Assembly: GCA_035526025.1 (NCBI GenBank)
Contig: DATLDE010000011.1
Location: forward strand, 49,374 to 113,373
Source of the DNA: Candidatus Limnocylindrales bacterium
Lineage (GTDB): Bacteria; Patescibacteriota; Microgenomatia; Levybacterales; UBA12049
Direction: 5' to 3'
DNA: 64,000 nt
The position numbers were made by a program, and so were the translations under genes. This document shows positions 56,177 to 64,000 of this stretch, one piece after another (the first letter of the stretch is position 1; every line of letters starts with the position of its first letter). A model generated the notes under the pieces. The model saw nothing but the letters and a program-made list of their open reading frames with translations, made no database searches and was not told the origin of the DNA.

Positions 56177-57022
56177 TTAATTCACTGTAAAATTAATAAC
56201 TGCAGAATCTCTTCCAGGACATGTAGTTCCACCAGGAACATATCTTCCAAATACCGTATGGCTGCCAGCGCCAATTGCATTTGCTGGATATCCTGCGGTA
56301 GCAACTCCCGGATTGCTATTACCTGTACTCGCGGCGGTAAAATAAGATGGCTGTCCATCTCTATAAAAATAAACAGCTCCTGTTGGCGTGCAGCCTGAAC
56401 CTGTTACCGTAGCGGTAAATGTTATGCTCTGACTGACAGATACTGGATTGGGGGATACTGTCATGGAAATACTTCCACCTCCTGCAGGAGGTGCTGACGT
56501 GGGAGTTGCTGTAGGAATAGTTGTAGGTGCTCCTGGACCTGCTACAGGAGAATCACCAAATTCTGAGAACTGAGAAGGTTTTATTTTCGATAGACAAGAT
56601 ACGAGACTGCTCTTATGACAGAATACGCCGCTTGAACACTTGCTATCACTCCACGCCACATTCACAGTAGCTTTTGCAACATTTTCAGCACATCCTGGTG
56701 ACTGTTCAATCGTTACCGATCTTATGAAATTATCATAATTCATAGCTGTACAGGATGAGGGAACACTAATTGATGTTGCATTTTTGTCCAGACAATAAGT
56801 ACCATTGTATGACTGGAATTCGCTATAATTACTATTTCTAATTTTTTGTAATATCTCTATTCCTTCTTGAGCTGACTGTGTAGCCGAAACCTGTCTTTTT
56901 CCATAATCAACATTTTTTAATGATGATGTTACTATGACAGAGATTCCTGACACAATTATTCCAATTACGCTTATTGCCAATAGTGCTTCAATTAATGACT
57001 GGCCTTTCATATCATTGAACAA
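56177..57022 (-). CDS. Minor pilin with C-terminal bacterial Ig-like domain
   Basis: GQSLIEAL; SPNPV..SQS.T.TATV...PTG.V.FY, G.H....Y. Confidence 0.8.
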   Translation of the reverse strand: MFNDMKGQSLIEALLAISVIGIIVSGISVIVTSSLKNVDYGKRQVSATQSAQEGIEILQKIRNSNYSEFQSYNGTYCLDKNATSISVPSSCTAMNYDNFIRSVTIEQSPGCAENVAKATVNVAWSDSKCSSGVFCHKSSLVSCLSKIKPSQFSEFGDSPVAGPGAPTTIPTATPTSAPPAGGGSISMTVSPNPVSVSQSITFTATVTGSGCTPTGAVYFYRDGQPSYFTAASTGNSNPGVATAGYPANAIGAGSHTVFGRYVPGGTTCPGRDSAVINFTVN

Positions 57023-58142
57023 CTAGATTAACTGTTGAGGATACAGCTGCTGGACAAGCACCGTTGGAGACATACCTCGCATATAATGGATGAGTCCCAA
57101 CTCCAATCACCGATGCAGGGTAACTTGAATATGTGGCAACCCCGGGATTTGAACTTCCTGTTGTAGCGGCCACAAATCTTGTGGATTGATTATCCCGGTA
57201 AAAATCAACATATCCAGTTGGAGTACAATTTATTCCTGTAACTGTAGCAGTAAGCGAAATGCTTTGACTTGAAGATACTGGATTGGGAGATACCGAAAAA
57301 GATATAGTTGTATTAACACCAGCTGGTGCAGTTGTAGCAGTAGGAGCAGTAGTTGCAACGGGAGCAGTTCCTACCCGACCACCACATGTTTCCTCACAGT
57401 CACTACCGGCAAATGCTCCTGCACCTAAGTCATAACATATAGCGGGTGAGACACTGTTATAATAGTAATATCTCTTGTTACAGGAAGGAGTCACATTTGG
57501 TTGACCACATGTAGCATCACAATACGTTCCAGTCCCTGGATCACCTTCTACACAGTTGTATGGTGCTGGATACAATCGGTATTTCGCAGTAGATGCATTA
57601 CAACTGGCTGATACCGCTGGAGTGGCGGTAGGATCAGTTGAAGCAGAAGGTACAAAGGCTCCTGACGATAGGATGATCGTACCAGTCCTGTCAATTGATA
57701 ACGTACTTGTTTTACCCAGTCCTGTGACCATAATAATTCCAGGTGTTGTCATCGTACCGGTTGAAACATTAAACATAACTACCGATGTAGATCCCGTTGC
57801 AAATGTTAAGGATGATGCCAATTTCCTTCTTTCTATAACAGTACGCACTCCTCCACATACTACAGATTGCTCATAATCGGTTCCAGAAACAGTTATTTTC
57901 ACCTCATAACCATCTAATGTGCCTGCACCGCAATTTGCTGGCTTTACCTGAGAAATGGCTCTTGAACGGGCAACATTCAGTGTATTTTGCACTTCAGACA
58001 CACTCCCATTAAAAACTTGAGAATTATTCAATATGCTAGAGGATGTTACGCCAGCGCTGATAATAATTCCACTTATAGCGAAAACTAACAAAAGCTCAAC
58101 CAATGTAAAACCTTTAATATTTTTATAGTATTTTTTAAACAT
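57012..58142 (-). CDS. Minor pilin (FimT/GspH-like) with Cys-rich repeats and Ig-like domain
   Basis: GFTLVELL, ARSRA; two C..Y..C..C...CG units; Ig-like tail paralogous to the next gene. Confidence 0.8.
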   Translation of the reverse strand: MFKKYYKNIKGFTLVELLLVFAISGIIISAGVTSSSILNNSQVFNGSVSEVQNTLNVARSRAISQVKPANCGAGTLDGYEVKITVSGTDYEQSVVCGGVRTVIERRKLASSLTFATGSTSVVMFNVSTGTMTTPGIIMVTGLGKTSTLSIDRTGTIILSSGAFVPSASTDPTATPAVSASCNASTAKYRLYPAPYNCVEGDPGTGTYCDATCGQPNVTPSCNKRYYYYNSVSPAICYDLGAGAFAGSDCEETCGGRVGTAPVATTAPTATTAPAGVNTTISFSVSPNPVSSSQSISLTATVTGINCTPTGYVDFYRDNQSTRFVAATTGSSNPGVATYSSYPASVIGVGTHPLYARYVSNGACPAAVSSTVNLVVQ

Positions 58143-58152
58143 CTTTCAGAAG

Positions 58153-58665
58153 TCATGGGCTACTTACCGTATACAATCCCGGGTAAGCACCCCCCCAATC
58201 GCAAGATCCATACCGAATAATATTATTAATTTCACTATCAGTTGTATTTTCAAGTCGGGTAGTTAAAATATATGATGTACCAGGAGCTACACCGCAAAAA
58301 GAACTGCTGTAATATGAATATGTATAGCCGCTTGAGAAAGGAACAGGCGACCCGCTATTTTTTGGGTCTTTAGGAACCGTTTTTAAAAAATTCGGAGTTA
58401 AGCCCGCGATCCATGAATCTCCTTGTTGGCTATTTACCCAATCACTAACAGGATACGAATCGTTATCTGACCTATAAAGCTCTAATGCTGCGCGGATTTG
58501 CTGAAGATCGGCTTTTCTTTTGGAGTCTCTTGATTTTTGTAATTGCCCTGAGGGATTTAACAATGCCATACTTGTCGTAGCTAAAACACCCAAAATCCCA
58601 ATTACTACCAATAATTCAATTAGTGTGAATCCTTTTCTCATATATTTATTATCTATCACATCCAC
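58153..58665 (-). CDS. GspG-like pilin
   Basis: GFTLIELLVVI, RD..RK.DL..I..ALE.Y, P.DP. Confidence 0.88.
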   Translation of the reverse strand: MDVIDNKYMRKGFTLIELLVVIGILGVLATTSMALLNPSGQLQKSRDSKRKADLQQIRAALELYRSDNDSYPVSDWVNSQQGDSWIAGLTPNFLKTVPKDPKNSGSPVPFSSGYTYSYYSSSFCGVAPGTSYILTTRLENTTDSEINNIIRYGSCDWGGAYPGLYTVSSP

Positions 58666-59453
58666 TATATAAGTAAATATCCAGTTATTTTACTAATTAA
58701 AATATCTCCCCAAAACATCGAGATAATTGTACCGCTTACCAAAAAAGGGCCAAATGGGATAGTACTGCCTTTGATTTTTTTCTTTTTTGCCATCACCAGT
58801 ATCAAAGATATAATTGCACCACTTATAAAAGCTATATACATACCGAGGATTATTTTTGGATAACCTAACAAAAAGCCCATTAAAAATACATAGATAACAT
58901 CTCCAAATCCCATCCCGCGACCTTTTGTAACTAAAAATATAAACAAAAATGCCAAAAAAGAACATAAAGCAGAAATAAAGCTTAATCTTAAATCCGAAGA
59001 AAAATATATAGATTTAAAAATAAGAGCAACAACAAATGCCATGACAGTCACGTTAAATGGTATCAGCCCATACTTGATGTCTGTAAGAAAAATCACGATA
59101 AGCGATGATAATATAACTAAAGAATAAGCAATAGTTAACCAAAAATGAATATTAAATTCTCCGATATTTGTAGAAAATATATATGCAGAAGCAAATAATA
59201 TCCCTGTTATCAGCTCTGAAAGAGGATAATAGAATGAAAGCTTTTTTTTACAATATCTACATTTCCCACCTGTTGAGATATATGAAAATAACGGAATTAG
59301 ATCAAATGGGGAAAGAATTTTCTTGCAATATTCACAGTGTGATCTTCCCTTAAATGGATTTTCACCATTTGGTAATCGATCCGCCAAAACATTTAAAAAA
59401 CTGCCCACAAATATACCCAGTATAAAAAGTACAATTACAAATAATTCAGGCAT
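58665..59453 (-). CDS. pilD: Prepilin peptidase
   Basis: GSFLNV..DR, RS.C..C, G.CR.C, GMGFGD, IPFGPFL. Confidence 0.93.
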   Translation of the reverse strand: MPELFVIVLFILGIFVGSFLNVLADRLPNGENPFKGRSHCEYCKKILSPFDLIPLFSYISTGGKCRYCKKKLSFYYPLSELITGILFASAYIFSTNIGEFNIHFWLTIAYSLVILSSLIVIFLTDIKYGLIPFNVTVMAFVVALIFKSIYFSSDLRLSFISALCSFLAFLFIFLVTKGRGMGFGDVIYVFLMGFLLGYPKIILGMYIAFISGAIISLILVMAKKKKIKGSTIPFGPFLVSGTIISMFWGDILISKITGYLLI

Positions 59454-59507
59454 GTCTAGAGCGTATCTAAAATGAATATTATATGCAAGAAGAAATATGA
59501 AGTTGCT

Positions 59508-59975
59508 TTATGGACAGCCAGTACCAACTGCAGCGACTATGCACTGCTTTCCGGTAACAGAATCATATTTTGCAAATGCAGTTGCTCCACCTGATGCTGC
59601 TAATGATTTTTTGGAAAAAAGGGTAGCTGTCATTGAAAATGCAGTTGCACTATACGTTGGGTTATAAGTCCACTTAGTTCCAGCCCCATCCGGATCTATG
59701 GGAGCTGATTTTAAATTTCCCGATGAAATCAATATAGCTTCAGTTGTCGGATAAGCCCCATTATTTGATGCTGCATAATTCTCAGCAGCTCTTGCCACAA
59801 GTCCTACATCATTCAATACTTTTGTATCATTAGATGCGTTTATTTTGTCAACTGGATCAATTGTCGAGATAAGACCAACAGCTAAAATACCTAGAACTGA
59901 AATAACTACCAAAAGCTCAATCAGAGTAAATCCTTTGGGAATAAAAGTGGATTTGGAATTATTTATTTTATTCAT
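59508..59975 (-). CDS. Type IV pilin (candidate major pilin)
   Basis: GFTLIELLVVI, C-terminal Cys pair; own TTGACA promoter near 60015-60020. Confidence 0.85.
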   Translation of the reverse strand: MNKINNSKSTFIPKGFTLIELLVVISVLGILAVGLISTIDPVDKINASNDTKVLNDVGLVARAAENYAASNNGAYPTTEAILISSGNLKSAPIDPDGAGTKWTYNPTYSATAFSMTATLFSKKSLAASGGATAFAKYDSVTGKQCIVAAVGTGCP

Positions 59976-60049
59976 TTTCTATCTGTATTTAGTAGACCAC
60001 ATTTCTAGATAACGTGTCAAGAGGTTAAAAAGCGAAAAAAACGCGAATT

Positions 60050-61540
60050 TTATAACTTAGTGTGAACTATACCTACTTTATTTTCAGAGTCATTATTTGA
60101 AATTTCGCTATCTTTTGATAGATCTTCACCTTTAAAAACTTTCAGCGAAAAGCAAAATTGAGCACCTTTGCCCAATCCCTCAGAATTCGCCCAGATTTTT
60201 CCTTTATGCAATTCTATAATTGATCTGGAAATATACAGCCCAAGCCCACTTCCTGACGCACTTTTATTATTTGCATAAGAGTCTGGCAACATACTGAATT
60301 TCTGAAAAAGTTTATCTATATTTTCTTTTGATATTCCGGCACCAGTATCACTTATGCTTGTCTCAATCATGTCATTATTCTGGAAAAAAGAAATAGAAAT
60401 ATTTCCATTTTTAGGTGTAAATTTCAGAGAATTACCGATAAGGTTAAACAAGACCTCTTTAATTTTGTCAGCATCAGCCAAAACTTCGGGAAGTCCAGCT
60501 GCCGAATTAACTATCACATGCACTCCTAGTTCGGTTGCCCTCGGTTGGATCTCACCAACAATTTCTTGAGTTATTTTATACAAATCAACTTTCTGCAGCT
60601 CAACGGTTATCCTACCAGATTCTATCCTTGAGATATTTAACATATCATTTACAAGTTTTATCAATCTCTCAACAGAGCTATATGCACGGTCCAAGTATAA
60701 TTTCTGGGTATCATTCAAAATTCCGGCATCACCTTGCAACGTCATCCATAAGTATGACTTTATTGCAGTCATAGGTGTCCTCAACTCGTGAGACGCGAGA
60801 TATACAAATTCATCTTTAAGCTTATCCAAAACTTTTAATTTTTCGTTTGCATCCTGAAGATTATTGTACAAAGAAGCATTATCAATAGCGATTCCTATTA
60901 CCTGAGCCAGACGAGCCAATAAGTCTTTTGTGTATTCAGATATGTTTTGCTCTTCATCTGTTAGAGCAACCGCAATGACACCTGTTAATTGATCTCTTAC
61001 GATAAATGGGTAGGCGTGTACGGACTTCACTCCATTGAAATCCTTCAAACTAATTAACTTTGTTGATCCTTCTTTTGAAACAAACGAATTTTGCAGGGTA
61101 TTTGAGGATGTAGCAGTCTTATTTATTATGGCTTGTGGTATGATATTGTCTTTTTCAGAAAGAGATAATTCTGTTAAATAATATCTTTCAAAGTCATTTT
61201 TGAAGTTTTTGCTATACATGGATTCAGTTTCATATAGGGATAATCTCTTAAGAACCTCCTTTGACTCATCATATTCAAATATTGCAGCAATCTGAAAATC
61301 TGTTTCTGTAACAAGTAACTGAGTAACTCTTCTGGCAATTTCGTGATGATCTGTAACTGAACTAAGTATTATTTCATCGATTTTGCGAAGAAGTAGTAAT
61401 GTTTTGTTGCGCTCTGAAAGCTCTACGCTTTTTTTGTACATTTCCTGATTTATGTGAACAAGCTCTTGGGGAAGGTCGGATTTTCCACTGGTGTCATCGG
61501 ATGTTTTTTTGAGAAAAGGCAGCATAGGATTGATTACCAT
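60050..61540 (-). CDS. GAF domain sensor histidine kinase (soluble)
   Basis: GAF ending IAIDNA.LY, ASHELRTP, NSLKFT, D.G.G, GLGL. Confidence 0.93.
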   Translation of the reverse strand: MVINPMLPFLKKTSDDTSGKSDLPQELVHINQEMYKKSVELSERNKTLLLLRKIDEIILSSVTDHHEIARRVTQLLVTETDFQIAAIFEYDESKEVLKRLSLYETESMYSKNFKNDFERYYLTELSLSEKDNIIPQAIINKTATSSNTLQNSFVSKEGSTKLISLKDFNGVKSVHAYPFIVRDQLTGVIAVALTDEEQNISEYTKDLLARLAQVIGIAIDNASLYNNLQDANEKLKVLDKLKDEFVYLASHELRTPMTAIKSYLWMTLQGDAGILNDTQKLYLDRAYSSVERLIKLVNDMLNISRIESGRITVELQKVDLYKITQEIVGEIQPRATELGVHVIVNSAAGLPEVLADADKIKEVLFNLIGNSLKFTPKNGNISISFFQNNDMIETSISDTGAGISKENIDKLFQKFSMLPDSYANNKSASGSGLGLYISRSIIELHKGKIWANSEGLGKGAQFCFSLKVFKGEDLSKDSEISNNDSENKVGIVHTKL

Positions 61541-61566
61541 TTTATCTTAACTGCTTTTTAGGAATA

Positions 61567-61845
61567 TTACAAAAGCAATTGTGGAATTTGATCTTTTGGA
61601 GCCTGTGAAATTATACTTTTAACCGCATCACGGCAAACTTCAATTGATGCAGGGCCAAAAAGCTTTTCGTATTGTCTAACCAAATTTTCTAAAATTATTT
61701 TCTTATCACCAGATATAATTAGTTCATTTTTTGCTTCATCAACTTTAATCCCGGTAACTTTCTGAGCCTGCTCCAGCGCAATAGGACCAATGATTGTTTC
61801 CTGCTCTTTTATTATTTTATCAACTATTTGGGCAAAAATATCCAT
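61567..61845 (-). CDS. Small helical conserved hypothetical protein
   Basis: II.EQE.IIGP.A...A, L..LV..YE.LFG.AS.EVC; operonic with the kinase. Confidence 0.7.
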   Translation of the reverse strand: MDIFAQIVDKIIKEQETIIGPIALEQAQKVTGIKVDEAKNELIISGDKKIILENLVRQYEKLFGPASIEVCRDAVKSIISQAPKDQIPQLLL

Positions 61846-61848
61846 AGC

Positions 61849-62673
61849 TTATGCTCTATTACCTTGCTCTTTTGTGTCAAAGCAGTTAATTCCAAAAACG
61901 ATAAGCATCCAGGCAGTAGGCAAAATGATATCTACCCAATGTCCGTTATAATAAGTCCCAACCGTCGTTGTATATGAAAAAGAAAAATCACCAAAAAAGA
62001 GAACAAGCAATCCTAAAATTATGCTCAAAATAGGATATTTATATCTGCCCCCAAGATAATTAAAAGATAATCCATAAATAAGTAATGCGAAAAGTAAAAT
62101 TACTAAGTCACCAAGAGGATATGCAAGATCAAAGAAAAGCTTCAAACCTCCTTCTTCAAAATCAATAACTCCACCGCGAGCCACAACAATAAGCAAATAA
62201 TATGCTACAAATGTAGCAATAATTGTAATGACAGCAGCAAGTATTTTCCCGCCAACATGTTTTAATGAAATACGAGCTCCACTTGCTTTTGATAAACTAA
62301 CCAGTCCGATTGCTAAAAAGGGGAAAGATAAACTGTAACCTACATCGGCCAGAGAAGGGTATGGTACATCTATCTTCTGAAGAATATTATAGTATATAGA
62401 CCAAAACATTTGACCTATTCCCCAGGAAAATGCACCCAGAGACATAAAAAACATAGCTCTTCCGACCTTACTTTTAAGCATTCCCCATTGTTTTGCTTTG
62501 GTCATTCCCCAAATTCCACCAATGAGTGGGATAAGTCCAAATGCAAACTGATACCAATAATTGGCAGCAGTTTCTTTAATTCCGAGGAAATAAAAAGTCG
62601 AGCCCCATACAATAATTAGGCAGTAATAAATGAAGATAATCTTTGAATCTTTACTAATATTCCTTAATTGCAT
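61849..62673 (-). CDS. Polytopic membrane protein, putative sensor
   Basis: About 8 TMs; W..GQ..W, PYPSLAD..Y, LAYPLGDL. Confidence 0.7.
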   Translation of the reverse strand: MQLRNISKDSKIIFIYYCLIIVWGSTFYFLGIKETAANYWYQFAFGLIPLIGGIWGMTKAKQWGMLKSKVGRAMFFMSLGAFSWGIGQMFWSIYYNILQKIDVPYPSLADVGYSLSFPFLAIGLVSLSKASGARISLKHVGGKILAAVITIIATFVAYYLLIVVARGGVIDFEEGGLKLFFDLAYPLGDLVILLFALLIYGLSFNYLGGRYKYPILSIILGLLVLFFGDFSFSYTTTVGTYYNGHWVDIILPTAWMLIVFGINCFDTKEQGNRA

Positions 62674-62773
62674 AAATTATTACTACTATTGTTAGTATGC
62701 ACCCTCCAAAATAAATGTCAAGAGCATAGCATCTTTCAAATGCTTGGCATGCAAAAAGTAAAATAATTCTAAA

Positions 62774-64000
62774 TTATTTCACAACCCATACAGTCTCCAT
62801 TGACTTATCTCTCGCTGCAATATGTACATTGGGATAATTTCTTAGCTTTAAGTAATACTCAACAATCTCCTGCGTAAATTCTTCACCTTTTATTGTCAAT
62901 GGAATGCCAGGTGGGAATGGGGTTATGTATTCTGCAGCAATTCTTCCAATAGCCTTCGCTAATGGCACCATTTCAATTTGACTCCATAACAGCTTTGAAA
63001 CGTCGCTCAACTCTAAAATTCTGGGAATGTTTGTAGGAATATTTAGGTCAAACTTCGCACGTATTTTCCCTCGTTTTGGTAATTGTACTATTTGCTTAAG
63101 TGCACTTACTGTAATTTTTACATCGCTCAATGTGGCGCGGAAAGGAACCAAAAAAAGAATTGTACCTATATTATATTCCTCTACAATAACTTTGTATTTT
63201 TTTTCAAGAAGTTTTGCTATTTCATATCCATTAAATCCTGCTTTAGATACATTTACAATTACCTTTGTTTCATCACGATTATGCACAGAGATATGTCTAC
63301 TCTTCAACAGGTTAGTGGTTACAACTTCAAGTCCATCAATATGACTAATTTGCTGGGAAAGGGATTCTGCAATCATTAGAATATGATCTATTTTACTTTT
63401 ACCTCTTTTTTCCATCATTTCTCTTGCTGCATCCAATGACGCAAGAAGTAAAAACGATGGACTGCTTGTTACTAAACTCCGATAAGAATCCATTAATAAA
63501 TCAATATTAATTCTTCCATCGTTCCAATGAATCATTCCTGACTGCTGAAGAGAACCACCTTGCTTATGTGTGCTTTGCACGCATATATCAGCACCCGCTT
63601 CCATGGAAGAAGTTGGCAGCCTATTTGAAAAATGTAAATGTGCTCCCCATGCTTCATCTACAAAGACTACTAATTCTGGATATTTACGGCGTATCGTTGT
63701 AATTATCTTTTTTAAATTTATAGATATTCCCTCATAGGTAGGATTTACAAGAAGCAAAACTTGAGGTTTTGTTTTTTCAATCGTTTCATATATCTCTTTT
63801 TCCGTGTTTGGAAGAAATAATTGAAGTTCTTGGTCAATATTCGTAGGAAGAAAAATAAGATTTATGCCATAATCCTCACATGCTGCCACTATTGATTTGT
63901 GAACGTTTCTTCCAGAGAGTATCCTTAAGTTTGGAATCTGCTTGCTTAGTGCCCTAAGAACTACAAAATTGCTACCGGTTGTTCCGTTTACAGAAAAAAG
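62774..64000 (-). CDS. Orn/Lys/Arg decarboxylase (PLP), 5' end outside the window
   Basis: Frame open to the window edge: VNGTT..N, RNVHKS, PTYEG, DEAWGAH, QSTHK, SSPS, PFPPGIP. Confidence 0.92.
   Translation of the reverse strand, partial: LFSVNGTTGSNFVVLRALSKQIPNLRILSGRNVHKSIVAACEDYGINLIFLPTNIDQELQLFLPNTEKEIYETIEKTKPQVLLLVNPTYEGISINLKKIITTIRRKYPELVVFVDEAWGAHLHFSNRLPTSSMEAGADICVQSTHKQGGSLQQSGMIHWNDGRINIDLLMDSYRSLVTSSPSFLLLASLDAAREMMEKRGKSKIDHILMIAESLSQQISHIDGLEVVTTNLLKSRHISVHNRDETKVIVNVSKAGFNGYEIAKLLEKKYKVIVEEYNIGTILFLVPFRATLSDVKITVSALKQIVQLPKRGKIRAKFDLNIPTNIPRILELSDVSKLLWSQIEMVPLAKAIGRIAAEYITPFPPGIPLTIKGEEFTQEIVEYYLKLRNYPNVHIAARDKSMETVWVVK

Overview
AT-rich bacterial chromosome segment (genetic code 11). 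Gene content (shortened trigger factor, DUF5660/DUF5665-like genes, type IV pilus cluster, no rimM between khpA and trmD) points to Patescibacteria/CPR, probably Microgenomates; this taxonomy is inferred. The left half (1-28.2 kb) is tRNA-rich and accessory. It contains a 17.9 kb integrative mobilisable element (10305-28240) in the 3' end of tRNA-Leu(TAG). The element's large serine recombinase has its attachment site inside its own 3' coding region. Cargo includes a Replic_Relax protein, a VirD4-like ATPase, a divergent biotin-dependent carboxylase operon (two biotin ligases, a frameshifted carrier protein, one BC-CTbeta-CTalpha fusion), a Fic-MerR gene and a TA module. Nearby, two small non-autonomous cassettes (a TA module and a Fic gene) are stacked between tRNA-Leu(GAG) and tRNA-Leu(CAG). 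They are bounded by homologous att arms derived from recombinase 3' ends, and two of the three P' arms in the window carry an outward sigma70 promoter, giving an integron-like, tRNA-anchored cassette array. The right half is housekeeping (tig, ilvA-ridA, thrS-infC-rpmI-rplT, pheA-like-pheST, PBP1A, tyrS, recG, rpmF-nusB-rnc, rpsP-khpA-trmD, pil genes, GAF histidine kinase, amino-acid decarboxylase). It holds four unannotated leader-peptide attenuators (Leu-, Ile-, aromatic- and Phe-rich), two of them in front of genes of unknown function. All calls come from reading the sequence and recalling motifs; no database searches were run.
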